From the NCBI RefSeq assembly GCF_009914755.1, contig NC_060927.1: a stretch of 64,000 bases of DNA; one strand, 5' to 3'. A program made the translations under genes and the position numbers. Origin of the DNA: the human T2T-CHM13v2.0 reference genome, Homo sapiens. Of the stretch, positions 52,279 through 64,000 are shown one piece after another; within the stretch, counting starts at the first letter, position 1, and each line of letters opens with the position of its first letter. Below the pieces are notes generated by a model, which was not told the origin of the DNA, made no database searches, and saw nothing but the letters and a program-made list of their open reading frames with translations.

Positions 52279-54574
52279 TAAAATATTTGTATAAATTGAA
52301 AGACAATACTTTTGAGTTTAAGGAAATGAAGATTTGATCTGCTTTAAAGCTGTCTTAGTAGACGGATGTTGGAACAAATCAATTAAAACATATCTTTTAT
52401 AATGTGGTAAAACAAAATTAACATAAGCTGAGCAATGCATAACATTAGTGAACATTCTTCTCGCTATGAGGTTCATGCTTTTGATAAAGGTCTAGAAGTT
52501 GCTTCAGACGTCATTGAAATTTTTATATTTATTCTCACCTTGCCTATTTATTTATTTACCTTGCAGTCTTTTTTATTTTTAAGGTGAGAGATTCTGGGTA
52601 CTAATATACACACATTCACTGTACACTGATATTTAGCCAAACCATGAAATAGAAAAAGCTGGCATATATTTACTGTTAGAATCTTTGAAATTTTTCAGTG
52701 TATATTTCCTGTTATAGTTATTCATGCTCCATAATTCATGGGTTTTCTTGGCACTGGCAACAGTTACTTCCCTGTGGTTTAGATATATTTTTTTGTAGTA
52801 TAGGTAGGTTTCTTTGCTGCTCTCATATTTTTCCTTTTAATTTTATTATTTTTTTCCTCTTCTTATTCAGATAGTGTTTCATCTCTGTCATTAGGAAACT
52901 ACTTCTCATTGATTTATTCTGTTTATGCAGTTTTTCCTTCCAAATTCATCAACTGAACTATGGGAAACTTTGTTTCTTAAAAGGTTATTTTGACATTATT
53001 TGGGTCAGGCCAGGTTTCACATAGGGAAAAGGACAATGCTTCTGCTTTGCCTTCCCATCCACCACTAACAGCTTTGTGAAAGGAGATAGAAGTAGAAGGA
53101 AAGGATAGAGAGAGAAGGAGGGACGCCTCATTCAGCTTACATTTCAGAAGCAGGGAATGCAATAAATAACATGAAGAAAGTCCAGGCTCAACTCGCTCAC
53201 ACCTCAGGAGGTGATTCACGAGCATGTAACACAGCCTGCTAAGGTTTCCATTATTCATAATTAATTAAATCAAAGCATGCTTAGTAAGGGCCCATAATCT
53301 TAAAAAGCATTCTGTGTTTTCATCTGACTAAAAGTTTTTCCTTCGCTTGTTGCAGACGACAGCCGACTTTAATATTATAGCACCAGCACGGTACAGTTGA
53401 CTCAGTAAACCTGCCACACTGTGGAACAGAGGTTTGGGGAAGAATGTGGAATGTGAAATATAAGATTATTCAGCCCCTTAAAACAATGACTATCCAAATA
53501 TGTTGCTTTTGAGCTGGTAGTTTCTCACTTATTTTGTTTAAAAAAATATAACATCCTTTGTTGGGTTATAGGTTTCACTGAGGCAGATGGGTTTCTGTAG
53601 TGAATTAGTCCCTGCATCTACTGAGAGTATCCTCCCTCCAGCATTAAAGAAGGAAAATAAGAAAATGGCCCATAGCATAGAGGAATGGTCAGGTGGGAAG
53701 TAGCTTCTCCTTAAATTATTTCTGATGGAAAAAATATATTCTGGAGCTTGGCATTTGAGTTCAATATTGCCAAAACTCCAGGAATAACTTTCTGCCAAGA
53801 GCACCCAGTATGTCAAAGAAAATATTCTAAAAGAAGTAAATTAATACCATCCATGTAAAGAATCAGTGGCATTGTGGCATCAAATGAGTGTGCTTCATAT
53901 AATGCTATCATCTTTTTAATTAAGAGGAAAAGTCCAAATAATTGATGATGAACATTTACAATTACTTTGATATCAATTACTTAAAGAGACCTAAACCATA
54001 AATATATTACAGAATTTTGAAAGATAAAAGATAAAGATAGTTAAAATCCTTGATTTTTCCTCTTTGGTATTCAAGGCTGTATGGTTACTTATATCTTTGG
54101 CTTCCTTCTCTCTTTTGTGATTGTACATTATCCATGTGTCATCCTGTACCTCAAAGGGTGGAGGAACAACTTATGTGTTCTTTATCTCCCCACCTCCCCT
54201 TGCCTGTGTTCTTTGTCATACGAGCCCCTGGGAGACTCATAGTTTCCTCAGTAGGTTGCCTGGCAGTAACTGGAGAATGAGATAGCTATGCTATAAAAGG
54301 CTCTTCCTTCCCTGGCCCAGCCTTTTCCTGGTACTTAGCCCCTTTCTGTCCTTCACATCCGGATGTACATAGGACACGGTCCCATTTTGTTAAGGACACA
54401 CATCCTCTGTGTAACAGTGTATTCCTCTTCCTTTCAATTAGAGTCATGTCTGAAGGATCTTTTTAGCTTTCTGGGCTATCTGGTTACCTAACCAATAAAT
54501 TAGAATAATTAGTCCTATTACTAGGTTCAGCAGTAATGTAGAGTCTTAACAGCTTTTGTTTTAGGTCAAAACAT

Positions 54575-55150
54575 GCTCATTTGGTTACCTACAAACTATA
54601 TAACAAACCACCTCAAACTTAGTGGCATAGAACAGTGACCATTTTATTATGATCATGAATTCTGTGGGTTGACAGTTTGAACAGGACACATCAGAAATGT
54701 CTTGTCTCTGCTCTCTGATGTCTGGGGCTTCAACTAGCTGTGGGGATTCTGATGACTAGAAGCTGGAGGGTTCACTTCCAGGATGGCTTCCATACTCACA
54801 TGTTGGGTACCTTTGCAGGGATAGCAGGAATGTTGGGCTCAGCTGAGAGTGTCAGCCAGAGTGTCTATGTGTAGCCTCTCCACTCATGATAGTTCCAGAT
54901 AGTTGGATGTTCCCCAGAGTAAGCCTCCCAGGAGAACTAGATAAAAGCTGCATGGCCTCTTCTGACCTAAGCTTAGAAGTTACACTGAGTCACTTTGACT
55001 GCATTCTTTTAGTTACAAGTGATTCATAGACCAGCACTGATTCAGAGAGATGGAAATGAGACCCCACTCCTTGATGGGGGAGTGGCAGGTGCACACTGAA
55101 GAGGATCATGTAGGATGCAATATTGTGGTGGTCATCTTGGGAACTTATGC
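54575..55150 (-). mobile_element. MLT1 (ERVL-MaLR) LTR
   Basis: taacaaaccacctcaaacttagtggc...tgatgtctggggc...gaccccactccttgatggg. Confidence 0.8.
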
Positions 55151-56519
55151 AAAAGGGAAACTCAGTCATCTTGATGTTTTGATTCCATAATGCCAGACTT
55201 CTATTTTCTTATGTGAATCATTCAAATGTCTCATTATTTGAAAATTTGATATTATGTAGAAAAAAATTTGGATGAGTACGTGAATATTCCCCTTTTTACC
55301 TATGTATATTACCATCTGACAGATAACTTTTGCATGACTGAATCAAAGGAGCACTGTTCAACACAGTCTTGGTTCATACCCTTAATCTGAGAAACTAAAG
55401 TAAGGCTATAAGATTGTGCCAGGTTATTATAAGGAAGAACAGATTATCACTGTGAACTTTACAGTCAGCAAGGCATTTAAACCAGGAAGACAAAAGGAGA
55501 GAGATGTTAAAACAATAGATAGTTTTTGTGCTTTATATGAAAATCTCATTTTTTAAGTAGCTGGTTATTGAAAAATTATATATTTATGACAGAGAAGACT
55601 TTAACTATTAATCACAAAATTCAATTTGTGTCTCAGTGATAAAGCGATTTCCTCCTTTTCTCCTATTTATGATAGATTTTTATGTATGAAAATGCAATTA
55701 ATTTCAAAGAATAATAGGTGAGTCTGGGAACCAAATAGGAAAATAGTCTCTTTATGCAATGTATGGAAAGTCCCCTAATGTTAATGGCTATACTGGCTCT
55801 AAATAGTATGCCACAGAGAGATGCATTTTGGGGTTTGAACAATAGCTTCATATTACCGTAATAGTTAAGGTGATGGGAAAGAATTATGTTCCACAGGATG
55901 TAGAATTACCATAACTTTATGTGTTGAAGGAAAAAGGCTAAGCCAGTATAATGACCTGGGCAAGGACTTGACTTTGCTGGGTCTCAGTTTCTTCATCTAT
56001 AAAGGGCTGAAACCTCACCTAGTTATATAATTCTTTGATTTTGTTGCTCTTTGTGCTCACATAGCACTGGAATAAAGCAGTCAAAGTTAATGTTAAATAT
56101 AGGAGTACAAAGGTCATTCAGCTAAGTTTCAGAAAGTTAATAAATCCTAATCACTTTACACTTGACAGCATGTATAAACTTGTATCCACTAATCCCAAAA
56201 GTTAAATAGAAGTACTTCAGGAAAACTCTGGATTAAATAAATTATTTAAAAATATATGGACATCATTCTTAAACTTAGAGCAGTTGTTAACCATAATACT
56301 TCGTTGTGAAATAGTTTAATTAAAATTTTTAGTTTTATTTGTTTGAACCAAAAAACTGAATTCACTCATTTGGAGCCAAAATTTAAATTACTAAATAATA
56401 ATTTAATAGGAAATAGTACAGTTGAATTTCTGAAACTTGTTCTTCTGAGTTTAATAGTGCCTTTATATACTAGCTAGTTTGAAGTCTAGGCACTGCATTA
56501 TTTTTGTACTATTTAGTTA

Positions 56520-56900
56520 TAAGGTATTAGGAATTTGTCCATTTCGCCTACATTTTCAAATTTATTAGCATAATGTTCATCAAATTATCTCGCCTTTTTA
56601 CAACCCACTGCATATGTAGTTTTGTTCCTCTTTTCCTTACTAGAATTGTTTGTCCTTTTTTACTGATCAGGTATGCCAGAGATTTATCAGTTTCATAATC
56701 TTTTTAAGCATTAATTTGTGGCTTTGTTGATTTTATGTATTGTTCTATTGTATCCCTTTTCGGTTTCATTAATTTCTGATGTTATCTTTATTATTTCCAT
56801 TATCCTTATTTCTTTACTTTTTCTTTCTTTGGGTTTATTCTTTTTGCTATTTTTCTGACTTTTAAAGTTGTGTGCTTAGCTCTTTAATATTTAGCCTTCC
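56520..56900 (-). mobile_element. Old L1M fragment
   Basis: aggaatttgtccatttc...ttttcaaatttattagcataa...ttcattaatttctg. Confidence 0.65.
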
Positions 56901-59734
56901 ACTAGCTTGTGAATTCTGCAGCCTATATAGTTGGCCTACAGAAAAAGTATACTCCTTATGACTGGCCTTTTTTGGAGTCTGGTTGAGGGGACACCTGTTT
57001 TCTTGGAGGTGCTTCCCTCAGAGTGAGGAAGAGTCACCTGAGGTATTGGCACATGCATAAGTGTTCTTCTTGGGAATCCTCATTGCAAAGATTCTGTGAA
57101 CATGGACTTCTGAAATGGTATTTTCTGTAAGCTGTGGGGTCAGAATTAACAAAGCAATTGAAAATTCACTCAGGCAAATTATAGAATAATGAATATCCAT
57201 ATATATACCACATATATGGCATCTGTCTAAAACTTAATCACCAGAGTATAATCTTGTCAACCCCAATTTTATTTTCCTGACTGCCTCTGAGAGTAGAAAT
57301 CAGTGAGGCAAATATCCTGTGTGTTTTTACACAAATTGAAATTATTTTTCCATAATATTTTGTTAATGGTACTGTTTGTGTTTGTAGTTGAGTTACTTTG
57401 ACCTCTGAAGCATCTTCCACACTGTTGCATGTAAATGGAACAATAGGTACTTGAGTCACTTGATCATGGATTCCAGATTCTGGAACAGCCTCTTTAGAAG
57501 GCAACAGAGGATATTATTTACTGATTTGAGTGGCTTTAGAATATCATTTAACTTTTTAAAATTATATTTATTAGATATGATCTTAATCTTTATATATTTT
57601 TCTTTTATAGATGATATAATAAGGCATTATTAGTATTGTATAATTCTCAAGGGTATTCCACATAAATATTTAAAGTTAATTTATAAAAGTTAATTTTATT
57701 GCTTACTATGATTATATGATAAATTCTCACTTATTGAGAATCTGAACTGGAAAGGTCAACCAAAAATTTAAAAGCAGATATATAAATTAGGGCGAGAGAT
57801 AACGAGAGCAAGTGCTTTGAGCCCTGTGAGTGGCTATTACACACTAGCATGGCTATTGATGAGGATGGAGAGGGCCTTTAGGGAGGGCATACTTAAAGAA
57901 TGCAGGAGTGAAAATGCTTGTATGGTGTTTTAATTCATTTTAAAACTATATTTTCTTCTCATTTAACCATAGGCCACTCAGTTCCTCAAATACTGTGAAT
58001 AAATAGGATTTTATTGGATTGATAACCACTGTATTACAACCACTACTACGTGAGAATACAAGAAAACAGTTTGAATACTAATTTCTCGCACCAAATCATA
58101 ATCTATAAATGTGTATTGGTAATTCCACATTTATAGCTTTCCTTTATTTTTGTCCTTTAAAGGAAGTTTGGTGTGGTAATGGCCATTAAAATTATTTCTC
58201 ATTTCAATGAAAGTTTGAATTAGGAATTTTATGCAGATGAACAAAACAGATTAAGGCCATTTTTTGAAAAGGTGCTTAACATTTTGACTGAAAAGCATCT
58301 TTAAACATTACAAGTTTTATTTTATTTGTGGGCCTAGCTCATATGGTAAGTTTTCCTAAGGGCATGGAGCAAAGCTCTCAGCTTCTTAAGTGTGTTTATA
58401 GCAACAAATACATGCTACATGGTAGGGAGAGAGCTAGTCAGATATTTTAGTCATATATTTTTAAAATGGACTGTTCCAGAATAAGGTTGCCTTTGAAAAG
58501 AGTCTTTCAAATAATTAGTGTCAAGTAGATTATTTTAGTTTTAATTTAATCATCTGTTTCATCATATAAGAAAGCTTTCAATATCGTGACCAAGGGATTG
58601 GGGCGGTCTGATGTATTGGAAATGTGACTTACTTGCTCCAGACACTTTGAGAAAGTGTGAATTGGTGAATCTCACATCCATTCTTGGCAAGCTGATAGAG
58701 TATCTAGGAAAGGGTAAGATTATTGAACACATGAGCTGAGAATAATCTTTTGAGGAAAACAGTATCTGGATTTTCCTAAAAGGGGATCTTATTTCAACAG
58801 ACCTTCAGCATTCTTCAAAAGCTAGGTGAGGATGTGAATGAGAAAAACAGGAGATGTACTGCTCCCTGTATATTGCAACAATGTGAAATAGAAGTATGGC
58901 AGACTTTGAGGGAACAAGATTCTAAATTCCCAGAATATCACTAATTTATTTTCATATACCAGTGCAGAATTTTTTTCTGAAGACAGGTGTAAATCATTTT
59001 AACATGATCTTTATAACCACCACCTTTCTATTAATCAGGCAATCATCAAGAAAGAATTTGATTGTGAAGGGTCCAGATTGAACTGTTCTTTAAGTAAGGA
59101 CACAGGAAATATTAAGATAACTGTATGGAAAAATCTCATCCAAGAAACTGGAAGCTATGGGAAAAAGAAAATTAAAGATTCTTTGATTTTAGTAGGTTGG
59201 TTGAGTTATACATATTTTTAGCAGAGCAAAAAAAGAGAGAAAAAAGTTGCATGCAACTATTTAAAAAGAATGTGATACAACAAAAGCTATTTTTAATCTA
59301 TGTCAGGGTAGGAGGAAAATTTATACTTTTTAATAGTTATGAACTTTTAAAATTCGTATGAAGCAGAATCTTTACTGCTAGAAGAATTTGGCTCTGCAGT
59401 TTTTGTTATGTTAAAACTTATTCAGGAAGAATTTCAGTATTCAGAATTCAGCACTCTGATTTAGAGTTTTAATAGGAATGCTAAGTCAAACCTATTTTAA
59501 GCATATTACCTCCCTCAAAGCTTTAAAACAATTCTGAAATTTTATAAAGGTCTAAAATTGGTAACTTTAAAGATTTAAAATCACTTCATGCTTTTCTAAC
59601 TGGATGGAACTTTCTTTGATGCATTGTGTCTCAACTCTCATGAAAGATTACTTCCTTTCTCAAAAGAAATCATTCCTAAGATCTCGTAATTCCACCATAT
59701 ATAGCTATGGAGGAGGCCAAATTAGGGAAATATG

Positions 59735-59811
59735 TCTTCCTATGCATGTATGCATTTGTACTCTTCCTATGCATGTATGCATTTATACTCTTCCTATGCA
59801 TGTATGCATTT
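59735..59811. repeat. 27-bp minisatellite, about 2.9 copies
   Basis: tcttcctatgcatgtatgcattt(g/a)tac x2 plus a 23-nt partial copy. Confidence 0.95.
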
Positions 59812-60899
59812 TTAACAGAGGGCTTAGAAACAATATTAGGTGCTGTTGAAGATATCCTGTATGGGATATTTCTGTCAGTATTGTACCAAATATCATAATT
59901 GGGAATGAGCAAATGAAACTCTACCTGTGAATGGGCATAGAATACTTTCCTAGCCCATAGTAATAAAAATAAAAATATTATTAAGAAAAAATATATTAAG
60001 AAAAAAATAATGTTAGAGACAGCTAAATATACCACCTCAAAAGAGGGTAAAGTACAGGGTTTAATAAAAGACAACCCTTCCCTCACCCACCCTCCATCAA
60101 GGCATCCATTAATACCTTGGAGAAACAGAAAAGCTTCTGAAGGCAAAATAGTGCATATGAAACCTTGATTTCCCTATCAATACTTACTGTAAAGGTGAAA
60201 AAAAGGATTCATTTGAGAAAACAATAACCCCTCTATAATACATATTTAAAATATAGCAACCTCTTTCTAAGAATGAATTTAAAAGATCACTAAGTATAAT
60301 AAAATATTTTTAAGTGTCAAAATAAGCTCGGCTCCCCCACAACCACCAACCAGCCATTAAAATGTGATTTGTGTTGGAATACCTGACCAGAGTGACTCAG
60401 ACTCTACAACATCTAGGGTAGGGGTCTCAGTCTTTTGTCTCCTGTTGGAGGGATAAGGGAGAGCTCAGTCCATAACAGTGGCTGTTCACCACCCTGGTGA
60501 TTTGAGAGTGGAGGTGGGGGCAGGCAGCTGGTTAGCTGGAGGGCAGGTATCACATCAGGTGATCTAGCAGTGAGGAGAGGGGAAGACGAGGGAGGTTGCA
60601 GCACAGCTGCAAAAGGAGCAAGAGAGCAATGACAGCAGAAGGCTGAAGACCAGTGAGAGTGGCCAGGGTTGCACAGGCAGAGGCTTGGATTTCTGCCTGC
60701 CATTTCCTCTTGCCCTCTTCAGGGTCTTTAGCACAGCGCCCACCTCTCAATGGACTTTTATTGATAAGGAATTCTATTCTTTCAGACTTTCACTCTTCTT
60801 GTGTCAGAAACACCTGGGGGCATGGGGCTTGGTTCATTTGACCTTCATACACTCACATAACCACTTCTGTTAGTACCACCCTTAATTAAACATTATTTT

Positions 60900-61870
60900 T
60901 CATTTGTCATCAGATTTGGGGAGTTTTCAGCCATTATTTCTTCAAATATTCTTTCTGTGCCTTCCTCTCCTCTCATTGTGGAACTCCTATTATGCATATA
61001 TTGGCATAATTAATGGTGTCCTACCAGTTTCTTAGACTACTCATTTTCCTTCATTTCTTTTTCTTTCTGCTCCTCAGATTGGGTAATCTCAAGTGACCTA
61101 TCTTCAAGTTTGCTGATTCCTTCTGCTGTTGAGCCCTTCTAGTGAAATTTTCTTTTAAGTTATTATACTTCTCAACTCCAGAATTTCTGTTTGGCTCCCT
61201 TTAAAAAGTCATTTTGATCTATTTGTTGATCTTCTCTGTTTGGTAAGACATCATTCTCATGATTTCCTTTAGTTCTTTGTGCACGATTCCCTTTAGCTCT
61301 TTGAGTGTATTTAACATGGTTGATTAAAAATCTTTGATTAGTACATCCAATGTGTGGGTTTCCTCAGGCAGTTTTTACTAGTTGCCTTTTTTCCTGTGTA
61401 TGGGCAATACTTCATCCCTTTGCATACCATGTAGTTTTGTTGAAAACTGTAATTTTTAATATTATAATGTGGCAACTCTGGAAATGAGATTTCCCCCACT
61501 CCCCAGGGTTTGTTGCTGCTTATTGTAGTTGTTGTTTTTGATTTGGTTAGTGACATTTCTATACTAATTTTATAAAGTCTATATTCTTTATCATATATGT
61601 CCATTGAAGCTTCTGTTCCATTAGCTTAGCAGTCAGTTAGTGATTGACAGAAATTTCCTCAAACACCTGGGACAAAATACCAGAAACAACTCTAGTCTTT
61701 GTACTTGGCTTCTGTGTATATGTCGAAACATATTTTAATACTGAACCAGCAGTTTACAACTCTGTCTTAGCCTTCACTTCCTATTTGCACAGACCCTGGA
61801 GGTCAGCCAGAGGTGAGAGTTTAGGGGTATCTCAGGTCTTTCCTGAGCATGCACTCGGCCCTAGCAAGTT
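60900..61870 (-). mobile_element. Old L1M 5'/ORF1-region fragment
   Basis: tttggggagttttcagccattatttcttcaaatatt...ttcaagtttgctgattc...ccagaatttct. Confidence 0.75.
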
Positions 61871-62105
61871 AACCTTTTCTATATCCTACAGTCACTCTCT
61901 GTTGGACTATACCAGTTAAAGGTCATTGGCAGAGAAAATGCAGAGTGATAGATTTCTCCTTTCACTCTATAAGGGCCACTGCCCTGTTTCCAGCAGCACC
62001 ATGGAGGGTAGTTTACCAGCATTGTTCAGTATAAGTCAGTGATTGCAAATAACCACGATAGTCTTAAAGCAATGATTTTTACTAGGTATTAGAGTATACC
62101 TCTAG

Positions 62106-62470
<365 letters not shown>

Positions 62471-62629
62471 AGGGTTTTTTTTTTTTTAATGTAAAATGAT
62501 TTAGGCCAGTATGGTTAACCAGCATGTACACTTAGAATTCCAAAATTCTGTTTGCACATATATTTATCTTAGCCAGTTCAAGTTATAAACATGAGCTCTA
62601 TTGCTCATTTTCTTTATTGCTGCTATCTA

Positions 62630-63225
62630 ATGTTTTTAATTTTTTGAGATGCAATTCTCATACCATACAATCTATTTTTTAAGGGCATACAATCCATTAG
62701 TTTTATTGTATTTATAGTTATGCAACCATTACCACTATCTAATTGCAGAACATTTTCATGTCTCTTTTCATACCTTGCCCAATCACAGTTACTCCCAGTC
62801 CCTGGCAACCACTAAATTACTGTCTCTCTGAATTTGCCTTCCCTAAACATTTTATATAAATGGAATCATACAATATATGGCCTTTTCCAACTGGCTTCTT
62901 TCACTTAGCATAATATTTTAAAGGTTCATCCATGTTGCAGCATGTATCAATACTTCATTCCTTTTTATGTCTGAATAATATTCCATTGTATGGATATGCC
63001 ACAGTTTATCCATTCATCAGTTAAAGAACATGTGAGTTATTTCTACCTTTTGGCTATTATGGACTATGCTGCTATGATCATTAGTATACAAGTTTTTGTG
63101 TGGATGTATATTTTAATTTCTCTTTGGGTATATATCTAGAAGTGGAATTGATGGGTTCTATGGTAACTCTATATTTAGTTTTTTGAAAAACTGTGAGATT
63201 GTTTTCTAAAGCAGCCCAATTTGCT
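62630..63225 (-). mobile_element. L1MB-type 3' end
   Basis: tataaatggaatcatacaatatatggcc...ggcttctttcacttagcataat...gaataatattccattgtatggatat. Confidence 0.88.
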
Positions 63226-63509
63226 TTTAGGTGACAAGTTCAAGTTCACAAAGAAAAGGAGTGGGCCATATTGACTTATACTTCTATAAATGAAATGTTT
63301 CAAATGCTGACAATTTGCAAGGAGAATGTCTGCATGAAAACAGTTAAAATTATTATTTTTTTGATCAGCCTCACCAGAGCTTCTGAGTATTACTGCCATG
63401 CCCATCAGAATTAAGTCTTTTGCTGATTCTTCATGATAATTGACATTTCTATTTAATCAGCTTTAAGTTGCTCTCAAACAAACAAAAAAAGCCCATTATT
63501 CATAATCAA

Positions 63510-63745
63510 ATGCTCCAGAATCAGACAGATGCAAGGGCTGGCTTTACTACTTCCTAGCAGTGTCACTTTGAGGAATAATGCCTTTTCTTGAAGAAAAACT
63601 TCATTTTCCTCCTCTGTAAAGTGGGATTAACAGTATCTACCTCTAGATGTTCCTGTATTAGAATGAGGTCATGTATGCAAAACAGTTGCCTGGCATTTCC
63701 TAAGTGCTAAATAAATGTTAACTATTGTTATTATTATTACTGTTA
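63510..63745 (+). mobile_element. MIR SINE
   Basis: ttttcctcctctgtaaagtgggattaacagtatctacctc...aagtgctaaataaatgttaactatt. Confidence 0.75.
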
Positions 63746-63883
63746 TGTCATTATTTAAATGTAATTTTTTGAAAGATAAATAATGTCTTAAAATACTCTC
63801 TGAAACTACTTAGAGACAAAGCCTATTTTAATATAGTGATCAGATTTTTCATCTAGCAAACAAAATCATTTATAATCAAAACC

Positions 63884-64000
63884 TTTTTTTTTTTTGAGAC
63901 AGAGTCTCCCTCTGTCTCCCACGCTGGAGTGCAGTGGTGCAATCTTGGCTCACTGCAGGCTCTGCCTCCTGGATTCACGCCATTCTCCTGCTTCAGCCTC
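63884..64000 (-). mobile_element. Alu, truncated by window edge
   Basis: Poly-T plus gagacagagtctc...cacgccattctcctg. Confidence 0.92.

Noticed and set aside
59676-60146. 156-aa ORF with repeated NAYMHRKS
   Set aside because: The periodicity comes from the 27-bp minisatellite (a multiple of 3).

Overview
Primate (most likely human, chr3p24) genomic DNA containing the 5' end of PLCL2 (inactive phospholipase C-like 2 / PRIP-2) on the + strand. The layout is about 20 kb of repeat-rich upstream sequence, a CpG island (~20.8-22.7 kb), the first coding exon (ATG 22298 to donor after 22624, 109 codons, MAECGRGGAAGG...RRSSIIK) and then about 41 kb of intron 1. No other protein-coding exon, RNA gene, CRISPR array or prokaryote-type system is supported. 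The other listed ORFs are Alu/L1/L2-derived or GC-shadow ORFs. The rest of the window is ordinary mammalian interspersed repeats (Alu, MIR, L1M, L2, MaLR/ERVL LTRs, MER DNA transposons); subfamily names come from recalled consensus sequences, not a search. I found no convincing new biological system. The most unusual items are: (i) a textbook splice acceptor inside the CpG island, suggesting the first coding exon can also be an internal exon, possibly with a splice-created uORF; (ii) a ~250-bp templated-insertion/fold-back repair scar at 32.1-32.4 kb, inside (iii) an old L1 with twin-priming-type 5' inversion geometry; (iv) a sense THE1 solo LTR with a DUX4-type motif, TATA and splice donor in intron 1.
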